Made by a program: the position numbers and the translations under genes. From NCBI GenBank assembly GCA_014802435.1, contig JAAVCG010000032.1, positions 65,839 through 129,838 of the forward strand: a DNA stretch of 64,000 nucleotides. The letters run 5' to 3'. The notes beneath the pieces were generated by a model. The model made no database searches. It was not told the DNA's origin and worked only from the letters and a program-made list of their open reading frames with translations. The stretch's first letter is position 1. Every line of letters begins with the position of its first letter. The stretch is from Bacteroides sp. (GTDB taxonomy: Bacteria > Bacteroidota > Bacteroidia > Bacteroidales > Muribaculaceae). Shown here one piece after another: positions 16,505-25,421 of this stretch.

Positions 16505-18295
16505 TTATTCGCCCTGTTCGAGCTTCTGCTTGAGGGCGGCGAGGGCTTCGAGGTCGCCGAGAGTGGTCTTCTCGGGTGCGGGAAGCGCAGCGGTTTCTTC
16601 AGCCTGACGGGGAGCGCGAGAAGCGCGAGCGGCTTTGCGTTCGGCTTTGCGTTCGGCCTTGGTTTCGTCTTCGTGGATGCGGCTGTGGCTGAGGATGATG
16701 CGGCGGTTGTCCTTGTTGAATTCGATTACCTTGAATTCGAGGGTTTCGCCGGCCTTGGCCTGAGTGCCGTCTTCTTTGACGAGGTGGCGGGGAGTTGCGA
16801 ATCCTTCAACGCCTTCGGCGAGGGATACGACAGCGCCTTTTTCCATGAGTTCGGTGATGGTGCCCTGGTGAACGGTGCCTACGCCGTATTGTTCTTCAAG
16901 GGCGTTCCAGGGGTTGTCTTCGAGCTGCTTGTGACCGAGGCTGAGGCGACGGTTTTCCTTGTCGATTTCGAGGACTTGAACTTCGATGGGCGCACCGATC
17001 TGAGTGAATTCGCTGGGGTGTTTGATCTTCTTGGTCCAAGAGAGGTCAGAGATGTGGATCAGGCCGTCAACTCCTTCTTCGAGTTCTACGAATACGCCGA
17101 AGTTAGTGAAGTTGCGAACCTTGGCGGTGTGGCGGCTGCCGATGGGGAAGCGCACTTCGATGTCGGCCCAGGGATCGGGTTTGAGCTGCTTGAGGCCGAG
17201 GCTCATCTTGCGGTCTTCGCGGTCAAGGGTGAGGACTACGGCTTCGATTTCGTCGCCTACCTTGAGGAAGTCCTGAGCTGAGCGGAGGTGCTGGCTCCAT
17301 GACATTTCGCTGACGTGGATGAGGCCTTCAACGCCGTGGGCAACTTCGACGAATGCGCCGTAGTCAGCCATAACGACAACTTTGCCTTTTACCTTGTCGC
17401 CAACCTTGAGGTCTGCGTCGAGGGCATCCCAGGGATGGGGCTGGAGCTGCTTGAGGCCGAGGGCGATGCGCTTCTTTTCGTCGTCGAAGTCGAGGATAAC
17501 GACATTGAGAGTCTGGAAGGGTTCAACGACTTCGCTGGGGTGAGATACACGGCCCCAAGAGAGGTCAGTGATGTGGATGAGGCCGTCTACGCCGCCCAGG
17601 TCGATGAATACGCCGTAGGGGGTGATGTTCTTAACCTGGCCTTCAAGTACCTGGCCTTTTTCGAGCTTGGAGATGATTTCCTTCTTCTGCTGTTCGAGTT
17701 CGGCTTCGATGAGGACTTTGTGGCTGACAACGACGTTGCGGTATTCCTGGTTGATTTTAACGACTTTGAATTCCATTGTCTTGCCGACGAAGATATCGTA
17801 GTCGCGGATGGGCTTGACGTCGATCTGAGAGCCGGGGAGGAATGCTTCGAGGCCGAAGACGTCGACAATCATGCCGCCTTTGGTGCGACATTTAACGAAA
17901 CCTTTGATGATTTCGTCGTTTTCGAGGGCTTGGTTGACGCGGTCCCATGCGCGGGCTGCGCGTGCTTTTTTGTGGCTGAGGATGAGCTGACCCTTTTTGT
18001 CTTCCTGATTTTCAATGAAGACTTCTACAACGTCGCCGACCTTCACGTCAGGGTTGTAGCGGAATTCGCTCATCGGGATGATGCCGTCGCTCTTGTAGCC
18101 GATGTTAACCACAGCTTCGCGCTTGTTCAGGGCGATGATGGTACCTTCGATTACTTGTTGATCCTTAACCTGACCGAGCGATTGGTCATAGGTCTTGGTG
18201 AGTTCCTCAAGAGATTTTTCGGTGTTGGTCACGCCATTTTCAAATGCGTCCCAGTCGAAATCCTCAATCGGAGAATTGTTTAATTGGTTTGACAT
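16505..18295 (-). CDS. rpsA: 30S ribosomal protein S1
   Basis: 596 aa with six S1 (OB-fold) repeats and a typical N-terminus ..DFDWDAFE... Confidence 0.97.
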   Translation of the reverse strand: MSNQLNNSPIEDFDWDAFENGVTNTEKSLEELTKTYDQSLGQVKDQQVIEGTIIALNKREAVVNIGYKSDGIIPMSEFRYNPDVKVGDVVEVFIENQEDKKGQLILSHKKARAARAWDRVNQALENDEIIKGFVKCRTKGGMIVDVFGLEAFLPGSQIDVKPIRDYDIFVGKTMEFKVVKINQEYRNVVVSHKVLIEAELEQQKKEIISKLEKGQVLEGQVKNITPYGVFIDLGGVDGLIHITDLSWGRVSHPSEVVEPFQTLNVVILDFDDEKKRIALGLKQLQPHPWDALDADLKVGDKVKGKVVVMADYGAFVEVAHGVEGLIHVSEMSWSQHLRSAQDFLKVGDEIEAVVLTLDREDRKMSLGLKQLKPDPWADIEVRFPIGSRHTAKVRNFTNFGVFVELEEGVDGLIHISDLSWTKKIKHPSEFTQIGAPIEVQVLEIDKENRRLSLGHKQLEDNPWNALEEQYGVGTVHQGTITELMEKGAVVSLAEGVEGFATPRHLVKEDGTQAKAGETLEFKVIEFNKDNRRIILSHSRIHEDETKAERKAERKAARASRAPRQAEETAALPAPEKTTLGDLEALAALKQKLEQGE

Positions 18296-18342
18296 ATAGT
18301 TAATTAATTAAAAAAAAGTGATGTTCTCGCACGAAATGCGCC

Positions 18343-18374
18343 GCAAAGTTACAAATTTTCCCCGACATACGCAA
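18343..18374 (-). repeat. Direct-repeat copy A (32 nt) containing the rpsA -7 promoter box
   Basis: gcaaagttacaaattttccCcgacatacgcaa. CAAAGTTA at 18344-18351 is TAACTTTG on the minus strand. It matches 19114-19145 at 31 of 32 positions. Confidence 0.8.
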
Positions 18375-18399
18375 ATATCCCCCATGAATTTTTTTTGTT

Positions 18400-18954
18400 T
18401 CAGGCATTTATAGTAAATTCTCCCATGTAGGTTTCGTTAATTCGCTGCTCTATTTTATTTAAAGTGATTTTTCCGCTGTTCAGCTGTTTTCGGTTTACCA
18501 TTAAATAGAACTTGTTACTTATGTCCGCGCAATGAAGAAAAACGTTATCACCAAATAATCGGAGCATAAGCTTTTTGTAGAATCCGAATCGGCGATTACC
18601 ATTGGGCACCGGTTTGTCAACAATGTCTTTTGCCAAATCCGGAGCCGCAATGAACCCGAATGAAGAGAATTCGTTACGTCGAAAATAGTCCAGCATTATC
18701 TCAATGCATGAGCGGATTATTCTTCTTGGCTCATAGTCATTGGTCAGGAGCGAATATCTGTTTTTACTTTTTTCAACTCCTTTCCAGTAGAATTTAAGTC
18801 CGTAAAATTCATGTTCATAACCCTCAACTTCTACGATATATCTTTTTTTACTCCGAGAAGATTTAAATGCCCAGATATCAGTAATGCGGGGAGACCCGTG
18901 GGTCTTCTTCCGCATTACAAAATGAGGGATATAAAATTCAGTCGTGGAGCTCAC
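18400..18954 (-). CDS. Hypothetical protein (no family recognised)
   Basis: 184-aa AT-rich ORF. The GTG start at 18954 overlaps the upstream small ORF stop; an alternative ATG is at 18915. Confidence 0.55.
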   Translation of the reverse strand: MSSTTEFYIPHFVMRKKTHGSPRITDIWAFKSSRSKKRYIVEVEGYEHEFYGLKFYWKGVEKSKNRYSLLTNDYEPRRIIRSCIEIMLDYFRRNEFSSFGFIAAPDLAKDIVDKPVPNGNRRFGFYKKLMLRLFGDNVFLHCADISNKFYLMVNRKQLNSGKITLNKIEQRINETYMGEFTINA

Positions 18955-19082
18955 GGCAGAATGTATTCATAAGTGGAGGTTCGAGCGGAAGCTTTTTCTT
19001 CGGTCGATATAGCACGCAGACGAATCGTTGGGGTCTGTCCGTCCTCAATACTGAGATTCAAAGGTTTCTGTAACTGTGCCAT
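18951..19082 (-). CDS. Small hypothetical ORF (43 aa)
   Basis: ATG at 19082 lies 33 nt downstream of the -7 box in repeat copy B. Its stop overlaps the start of the next ORF (GTGA). No homology is recognised. Confidence 0.3.
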   Translation of the reverse strand: MAQLQKPLNLSIEDGQTPTIRLRAISTEEKASARTSTYEYILP

Positions 19083-19113
19083 AGGATAAACTGATTGAAT
19101 TAATAATCTATTT

Positions 19114-19145
19114 GCAAAGTTACAAATTTTCCGCGACATACGCAA
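19114..19145 (-). repeat. Direct-repeat copy B (32 nt) containing a -7 promoter box
   Basis: gcaaagttacaaattttccGcgacatacgcaa, with CAAAGTTA at 19115-19122. Similarity to copy A continues more weakly for ~20 nt further. Confidence 0.8.
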
Positions 19146-19178
19146 GCCCCGTCCGGAAATTTTTATACCGTTTGCCAT

Positions 19179-19721
19179 TCATTTCATTTGGACAAGATTT
19201 TGAATTATGTCATCGTATATTTTGATGACATGGCGAATATCAAATTCTTGTTCTGCTTTTTTTCGGCTATATTTGCCGAATTCGTTTCTTTGCTCTGGAC
19301 TAAGATTTATGAACTGAGTTATGGATTGGATTAATGACTCTGCATTGGCAGGCTGACATAGAAAACCATTCTTTCCAGGTTCAACCATTTCTCTGCATCC
19401 GGGGATATCTGAGGTTATTATTGGCTTACTCATTGCGAGTGCTTCCATTAGGGTTCTGGACATTCCTTCGTGGTAAGAGGGTAAAACAATGCAGTCAGCA
19501 TTTCTAATATATGGTCTAACATCCAAGGACTCCCCTAAATATTTGAAACTGCTGTTTACTTCATCATATTTTATTTGAGGCAGGGAAACATGGTTTGGGT
19601 AACTCTCGTCAATTGGGCCAAGCCAATGGAAGTCCGCGAGATTTTTTAGTTTTTCAGATGCTTTGATGTACTCAGAGTATCCCTTATCGTAAAGGACTCT
19701 ACCAATAACAAGGAAAACCAT
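19179..19721 (-). CDS. GT4 glycosyltransferase, C-terminal (Glycos_transf_1) half only
   Basis: MVFLVIGRVLYDKGY... VLPSYHEGMSRTLMEALAMSKPIITSDIPGCREMVEPGKNGF. It starts 1 nt after the stop of the N-terminal-half ORF, in a different frame. Confidence 0.8.
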   Translation of the reverse strand: MVFLVIGRVLYDKGYSEYIKASEKLKNLADFHWLGPIDESYPNHVSLPQIKYDEVNSSFKYLGESLDVRPYIRNADCIVLPSYHEGMSRTLMEALAMSKPIITSDIPGCREMVEPGKNGFLCQPANAESLIQSITQFINLSPEQRNEFGKYSRKKAEQEFDIRHVIKIYDDIIQNLVQMK

Positions 19722-19722
19722 A

Positions 19723-20256
19723 TTATAAATATTTGTTTAGATTTACACCTTCACCTCCGGGTAGCAAGATGAGTTTTTCTTTTGATACTATGTTAAGGTT
19801 TAATAGGGTGTTAAAGTTATGTTGATTCAGTGTGATTATTTTATCAGTGAACTTTAGCCCTATTTTATATAGAGAGCGTGCAACTTTGCTTTTTAAATTG
19901 TTATGATTGAATACATAACCTAATCCTGTAACTATTGCTACGCTTTTTATTTTGCAAATCCGAGCGGCAATTGAACCGTAGATATTGGGCTTGATGGTAT
20001 AGTGAAAAACTATGTCGGGCCGAATTTTATAATAGATATTTTGTAGAAACAATAAATATTTTAAATCTTGAATAGGATTAGTTCCTCCTCGATCTAAGGA
20101 CGATTCAATAAGTATGCATCCTTCAGGGATTGAGACATTTGTATTTTTTGGCGCTATGAGAAATACGGAATGTCCCAATGAAACAAAATGGCGTATAATC
20201 TCGCCTCGGAAGTTTAGCAATTCCTTTAGTGAGTTATCACAGAATACGATTTTCAT
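19723..20256 (-). CDS. GT4 glycosyltransferase, N-terminal half only
   Basis: MKIVFCDNS...GHSVFLIAP...LLPGGEGVNLNKYL*. Together with 19179-19721 the total is 357 aa, a normal full-length GT4. Confidence 0.7.
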   Translation of the reverse strand: MKIVFCDNSLKELLNFRGEIIRHFVSLGHSVFLIAPKNTNVSIPEGCILIESSLDRGGTNPIQDLKYLLFLQNIYYKIRPDIVFHYTIKPNIYGSIAARICKIKSVAIVTGLGYVFNHNNLKSKVARSLYKIGLKFTDKIITLNQHNFNTLLNLNIVSKEKLILLPGGEGVNLNKYL

Positions 20257-20285
20257 TTGATGACCGGTTATATTTATCGCGCTAT

Positions 20286-21269
20286 TTATTTGTAAATAAA
20301 TTTGTATAGACGATTGATTATATGTCGTGTCAAACTTTGTCCCAATGTTTTATAACTAATTATTATTAATCTTTTCCCTATAGGAGATGGTGCGGTGATT
20401 ACTCGCTTAAAACTCAATCTATTGTTGGATATTTGTTTGAAAGGAACGGTAGTATCATTGGTACGCAAATATGCAAATGCCAGGTCAATGGCGCTTACTG
20501 TTAGCTCTTTTTCGAATTTAGTAGGATCAAGTTTAAGCTGTTTCCATTGGTCAACGTATCGGAGTTGAGACCATTTTTGAAAATCAATGTTATTGGTATA
20601 GGTGTTTTCTCCTGAACGGCGACGGTAGTGATAAAGACATGAATCGGTCTTGACTACTTTTACCTGACCACTGGTTAAAATTTTGAGAAGCATCAGAGCA
20701 TCTTCTGCAAGATTGATGCCATCTTTCCAGTGAAGATTACGATCAATAAAAATTTGCCGTCTAATAAGCTTATTCCACGAGGCGCACGTTGCGTTATTAA
20801 TTAGTATTTTATGGAGTATTTGGGAAAAACTTGGTTGACCATAATCTATCTTTACTTTGCACTGACGACCATCAGCATAATTATAGAAAAAATCACATAT
20901 AGCAACGTCTGAGTTAGAGTTCGTAGCTAATCTATATAAGTCTTCATACATTGTCGGTTCGACCCAATCATCGCTATCACATACTATAATATATTCACCG
21001 ACAGCATTGTTAAATCCTAATTCACGAGCCGAGGCGGAACCTCCATTCTCTTTATGGAACGTGCGAAACATTTCAGGATATTTGTAACAGTAATCTTCAC
21101 ATATTTTCCCTGAAGCGTCTGTTGATCCATCGTTAACTAAAAGAATGTCCAGATCGTTGCCAAGGGTCTGCTTACTTAGAGATTCCAAGCACGTTTGGAG
21201 ATATGGTTCAGTATTGTAGACGGGGACAATTACACTGACTTTTTTCATCGTTAGCGTATAATTAGTCAA
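20286..21269 (-). CDS. Glycosyltransferase family 2
   Basis: VSVIVPVYNTEPYLQTCLESL..LLVNDGSTD..VCDSDDW (DxD). The start is at 21269 or at M8 (21248). Confidence 0.9.
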   Translation of the reverse strand: MTNYTLTMKKVSVIVPVYNTEPYLQTCLESLSKQTLGNDLDILLVNDGSTDASGKICEDYCYKYPEMFRTFHKENGGSASARELGFNNAVGEYIIVCDSDDWVEPTMYEDLYRLATNSNSDVAICDFFYNYADGRQCKVKIDYGQPSFSQILHKILINNATCASWNKLIRRQIFIDRNLHWKDGINLAEDALMLLKILTSGQVKVVKTDSCLYHYRRRSGENTYTNNIDFQKWSQLRYVDQWKQLKLDPTKFEKELTVSAIDLAFAYLRTNDTTVPFKQISNNRLSFKRVITAPSPIGKRLIIISYKTLGQSLTRHIINRLYKFIYK

Positions 21270-22341
21270 AAATAGTATAAAAGGGAGATATGCCTAATCC
21301 GCGATGAAGTGAGACTTGAGCCTCCGTTACGGCTTTATTGAATATGACAAAATACATGAACATGAATCCTAAGAAAATAATGAAGGGATGCCGTTTGCTG
21401 ATAGCTTTACATGTAGGATAAGCGATAAAAGCGGGAATAAAACGAAATACGTCAATCAACCTCGTGAAGATATAAGTCTGTGTTGACATGAGATAACTTG
21501 CCAGAAAACATAATGTTAACCAACAAATGAAATTAGCATTATTGACATATTTGGAGGAACGTTTATAGAAGATGAGAAATAGAATCGGTAAAATAAGGTT
21601 TGCTATTACTCCGAGGCCGGATCCAAGCTCAGTATCTCTAAAGTAGTAGTCATTTCCCAAGTATTTGCTGTACTTTGAAGCGAGAAACATTGGATTTGTC
21701 ACAATCCAGTCAATCACATTAGCTCCAAGTGTAAGAGTGAATACGATAATTAGTAAAACCATAATGGAGCGAGGTCCAATCTCCACCTTTTTTAACAGTA
21801 GTATTGGGTAATAGAATATGGAAGAAGAATGGAATAAGCATGCCATTGTGGAGTTGAGCAGGTATTTAATTGTTCCATACTTCTTTTCTAATGCAATGAT
21901 GCCGCATATAGCAAATGCGATTGCAACTTCTTGTCGGCTGACTGCAATTATTTTCAAGTATGATGTCAGAATATAGGTGGGGACAAAGTAATCGTAATGA
22001 CGTTTTGGAACATAGAATACGATTAAAGCTAATGGAATTATTGCTAAGATTGCAATAAAAGTATGAGGAGTAGCATCAAATAACCAACAAAGCTTCGCGA
22101 GGATTTTGAAACCGAGTTCATGGTCGTCATCAAAATGGCGATATCTTTGGTAGAGATGTACATAGCCTGGATAGTCTGTGCCTATTCCTTTTCTAATATA
22201 TGCAGGAATAGCCACACTAAAAAAGACCAAGATACGAGCAATATATTCAGAGCTTTTGTTTTTGGAATGAGTAACCCAAATGCTGAATATAATAGTAAAG
22301 AATAAGGTCAGATTATAGATTATGTAGGTTCTTACCATCAT
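21262..22341 (-). CDS. EpsG-family polysaccharide polymerase-like membrane protein
   Basis: Multi-pass membrane ORF with GTDYPGYVHLY near the N-terminus. ATGA overlap with the upstream gene. Confidence 0.75.
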   Translation of the reverse strand: MMVRTYIIYNLTLFFTIIFSIWVTHSKNKSSEYIARILVFFSVAIPAYIRKGIGTDYPGYVHLYQRYRHFDDDHELGFKILAKLCWLFDATPHTFIAILAIIPLALIVFYVPKRHYDYFVPTYILTSYLKIIAVSRQEVAIAFAICGIIALEKKYGTIKYLLNSTMACLFHSSSIFYYPILLLKKVEIGPRSIMVLLIIVFTLTLGANVIDWIVTNPMFLASKYSKYLGNDYYFRDTELGSGLGVIANLILPILFLIFYKRSSKYVNNANFICWLTLCFLASYLMSTQTYIFTRLIDVFRFIPAFIAYPTCKAISKRHPFIIFLGFMFMYFVIFNKAVTEAQVSLHRGLGISPFYTIFD

Positions 22342-23345
22342 AATTCAAACAGGGATTTATTCGGAAGAATGGACTCAAATGCATTAATTAGTTGCTTTCT
22401 GTAGTTATTGAAGTCATCCACATCACTATCATTAATGCAGACAATGGATTTGGATTGATGTTTAATAATGTCAGAGAGACGGTTTAAGTTATTATTAACC
22501 GGTAGTGCAACAGATGTTTTCTTAATGTTTATTGGATGAAAATCTCCATGCAATAATTGAACGTAACGGATGATGTATTGATTAACATCTTCAATGGATC
22601 TGAATTTGTGTAGGCAGGTTTTGTGTAGACTTTCCTCAAAAGTGTTCCAAACGTCTGCGAAAGATTTTTTTAGGAATGGATTTGGTAGGTGAGGATCAAG
22701 AAATCCGGTAAAGTAAGGGAAGCCTAATAGTCCAAATGTCCGAAGTAATTCAGTGCCATAAACCGGATTGAACCATCTTGTCCAGTTTTTACGGATAGTC
22801 TCCTTTTTATGGAATATTTTATTAATGAGGGCTATATTGTTTGCTTTTATATGCTCAAAAGCCGTTCCGATTGGTTGAATCGCATTTAACACTGCCATAT
22901 CACATGGGACTCCATCTTTAAAGAATCTTGATTGGGGAGTGTTGTTAATAATGAAAGTGTCGTCATTGAAATAGACGAACTTGTCAGATAAACCGTCAAT
23001 TCTGTGCAGGTTTAGTTCAATTGTATGAGAACTGAACGTAGGCAGGTATTCAGATGGAATAAAGTCGGAGTGTTTTACGAAACGAAGTTTTTGACAATCA
23101 AGATTAAGCCACTCAGGGTAATGTCCACAAGTTACAAAAAATACTTTATTGACCCATGGTGTAAAACATTCCACCCCACGAAACCAATATTTTAAGGTGC
23201 CCCAATCTCTGAAGCAAACGGAACGGGCGTCCCCAAATTCTAATTTAGAATAATGGCTATATACTGATTGCCACTCGGGGTCAGTATCATCTACCCAAAG
23301 AATAACAAAATCTATTTTTTCCATCTGATGATATTTCGTAACCAT
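22338..23345 (-). CDS. Stealth-family capsule sugar-1-phosphate transferase-like protein
   Basis: IDFVILWVDDTDPEWQ (CR1-like) and VYFNDDTFI (CR2-like). The probable start is MEKIDF at 23324. Confidence 0.7.
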   Translation of the reverse strand: MVTKYHQMEKIDFVILWVDDTDPEWQSVYSHYSKLEFGDARSVCFRDWGTLKYWFRGVECFTPWVNKVFFVTCGHYPEWLNLDCQKLRFVKHSDFIPSEYLPTFSSHTIELNLHRIDGLSDKFVYFNDDTFIINNTPQSRFFKDGVPCDMAVLNAIQPIGTAFEHIKANNIALINKIFHKKETIRKNWTRWFNPVYGTELLRTFGLLGFPYFTGFLDPHLPNPFLKKSFADVWNTFEESLHKTCLHKFRSIEDVNQYIIRYVQLLHGDFHPINIKKTSVALPVNNNLNRLSDIIKHQSKSIVCINDSDVDDFNNYRKQLINAFESILPNKSLFEL

Positions 23346-24367
23346 TGTTTAAAGCCGGATAATTCTGCTTCAATTTCATATCTGGAAGTGTAGCGGCTTA
23401 TGTTGATGCGTGACAAAGTGTAAGGTGTCTCCTCTGTAACGTATTCATTCATGACGGCAGCGGAAAAGCCTGATGCGGCACATTCGCTGACACATTCAGC
23501 TGAAACGTCGCGTTGATGACCGAAGGGATAGGCATATAAGCTGCAATTGAATAGTTTATTGATTTGAGTTTCACATTGCTGAAAGTCCTCTTTCAGCTTT
23601 TCCGGAGGGAAGAGGGAGAGAATATCGTGATTGACGGAGTGACCACCGATTTTATGCCCATTTTTCTTAAATTGCAACACCTCATCATGAGTCAACCCTC
23701 GGAAACGCAGATTTGCGTATTCTTCACTTATGTTCAGTTGCTCAAATGGGCAAATTACCTCTAATTGCTCGATAATGGATGAGTAATTGTAATTATTTTC
23801 GTAGATAGAATCAATAATGGTATCGTATGCATTATGTCGTGATGACTGAGAATGCAAATCATAAGTTTGTCCTGCAATGGAATACTCTCCTGGAGCTACG
23901 TAGGCTATCCATCCCATAATTTTGTCAACCCATAGAGGTCCTCCATCAACAATGGACAATGGCAGAAAAAAATAGGCATTATTGTCGTATTTTCTTAAAA
24001 CTTTATCGGCCGTAAGAGCCGCGCGGTAGCCATCATCAAAAGTAATTATAGCTGAGTTTGGCTTTCCTATTTGAGTTGTTACTTCAAATCGCTTATTCAC
24101 AATGTCAATAAGGCGCTCAAAGTGTGATTGCGATGAGCATACAATCCGTTGCTCAAAAGTATCGTTAATGAGATGATCAGGAATGATATGGTGGAAAACG
24201 AGAATACGCTGTCGGCGTCTATTCAGACGATAAAACAACGATATGATTCCTGAATAAAATGCGAGGATGTATAATAATAAAAAAAATCGATTAGAGTTTA
24301 GTTTTAACACGGTTGATGATATAATATAATGCCGGTTTGAAATCTTTTTTATTCCAGAGTAGATCAA
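23312..24367 (-). CDS. Polysaccharide deacetylase (NodB homology domain)
   Basis: ITFDDGY and GGHSVNHD motifs, with an N-terminal transmembrane segment. The start is uncertain because of the long overlap with the upstream ORF. Confidence 0.8.
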   Translation of the reverse strand: MIYSGIKKISNRHYIISSTVLKLNSNRFFLLLYILAFYSGIISLFYRLNRRRQRILVFHHIIPDHLINDTFEQRIVCSSQSHFERLIDIVNKRFEVTTQIGKPNSAIITFDDGYRAALTADKVLRKYDNNAYFFLPLSIVDGGPLWVDKIMGWIAYVAPGEYSIAGQTYDLHSQSSRHNAYDTIIDSIYENNYNYSSIIEQLEVICPFEQLNISEEYANLRFRGLTHDEVLQFKKNGHKIGGHSVNHDILSLFPPEKLKEDFQQCETQINKLFNCSLYAYPFGHQRDVSAECVSECAASGFSAAVMNEYVTEETPYTLSRINISRYTSRYEIEAELSGFKQWLRNIIRWKK

Positions 24368-25421
24368 CGTCAGATTGGATAATCTGTTTAAACCATTGAC
24401 AAACTTTTATTCTTTTTTCGGTAACATTATGAAAGTCCGCTATTATGGAGCTGGCAAGATACTCTTTGCTAACCTTGGTGTTAAAAATGTTCTCCAATCC
24501 AAGCGCGTCTTTTGTCCAAATAGATGCTAAGTTTACACCACCGTATGTTGAAACATAAGAAGTCCCGTCGTTTCTTAGATTGATTTCAAGGAAATAAGCG
24601 TTACCATCTTTTATAAGAAATTCAATGCTGAAAAGGCCATTGTACCCAATCTTCTCAAGAAAATTTTTAAGTAATGGTGTTGAGATGTATTGGTCTATGT
24701 TTGGTGTTACTATTCCGTAAGCTAACCCTCCGAATCCATGGGGAAAATGCCGAATTTTTTTTAGGGCACAAGGCATTATTATTTCGCCATTTGAAAGCAC
24801 ACATCCGTTGATTAGAATCTCATAATCTTTTTCAATAAATTCTTGAATTTGAATTATGTGGGATTCAACGATTAAGCTCTGCAATCCGGATATTAGTTCA
24901 GATTCAGTGTGGTAGATGTTTACATCTTTTCTTCCTGCAACACTATTTATAGCTTTAATTACGCATGGATATGATAGATCATGAGGCAGAACAATGCCAT
25001 TTGTACAGTCAATAACCCAAGATTTTGGTGTTCTTAGGCCAACTGACTCTGCACAAATTCGTATTCTCTCCTTGTCAAGCAAGTTTTCAAGTTCCCCCTC
25101 GGTATTGTTAACTGATGAAATAATAAAGTTTGGTCTCAATTTGTTATAGTTTCGGTCTATAACCATTGCGCAAGCATCAGTTCCGGTTAATATTATTGAT
25201 TTCCCTGGTTTGCTGCTGTAGAGCTGTTGTATCAATTCAATGCCATCTTCTGGAGAATTAACTTTATGATAGTTGGCAATATATTTGCTGACGTTTATGA
25301 AACTGTGTTTTGAATTGTTTACCTCAACTAAAATTGGTTTAAACCCATCTTCTCCGAGGCTTCGGATGAGTCCTAAAGTGTTAGTGTGGCAGATACCAAA
25401 GACAATGATATTGTGACTCAT
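24291..25421 (-). CDS. ATP-grasp domain protein
   Basis: 376 aa with an ATP-grasp-like layout (..YPCVIKAINS.., ..FSIEFLIKDGNAYFLEINLRNDG..). ATGA overlap with the upstream gene. Confidence 0.65.
   Translation of the reverse strand: MSHNIIVFGICHTNTLGLIRSLGEDGFKPILVEVNNSKHSFINVSKYIANYHKVNSPEDGIELIQQLYSSKPGKSIILTGTDACAMVIDRNYNKLRPNFIISSVNNTEGELENLLDKERIRICAESVGLRTPKSWVIDCTNGIVLPHDLSYPCVIKAINSVAGRKDVNIYHTESELISGLQSLIVESHIIQIQEFIEKDYEILINGCVLSNGEIIMPCALKKIRHFPHGFGGLAYGIVTPNIDQYISTPLLKNFLEKIGYNGLFSIEFLIKDGNAYFLEINLRNDGTSYVSTYGGVNLASIWTKDALGLENIFNTKVSKEYLASSIIADFHNVTEKRIKVCQWFKQIIQSDVDLLWNKKDFKPALYYIINRVKTKL

Noticed and set aside
16484-18283. Plus-strand ORFs of 265 aa and 322 aa opposite rpsA
   Set aside because: They are antisense to a highly conserved ribosomal protein gene, and their F/V/E/D-rich translation mirrors S1 codons.
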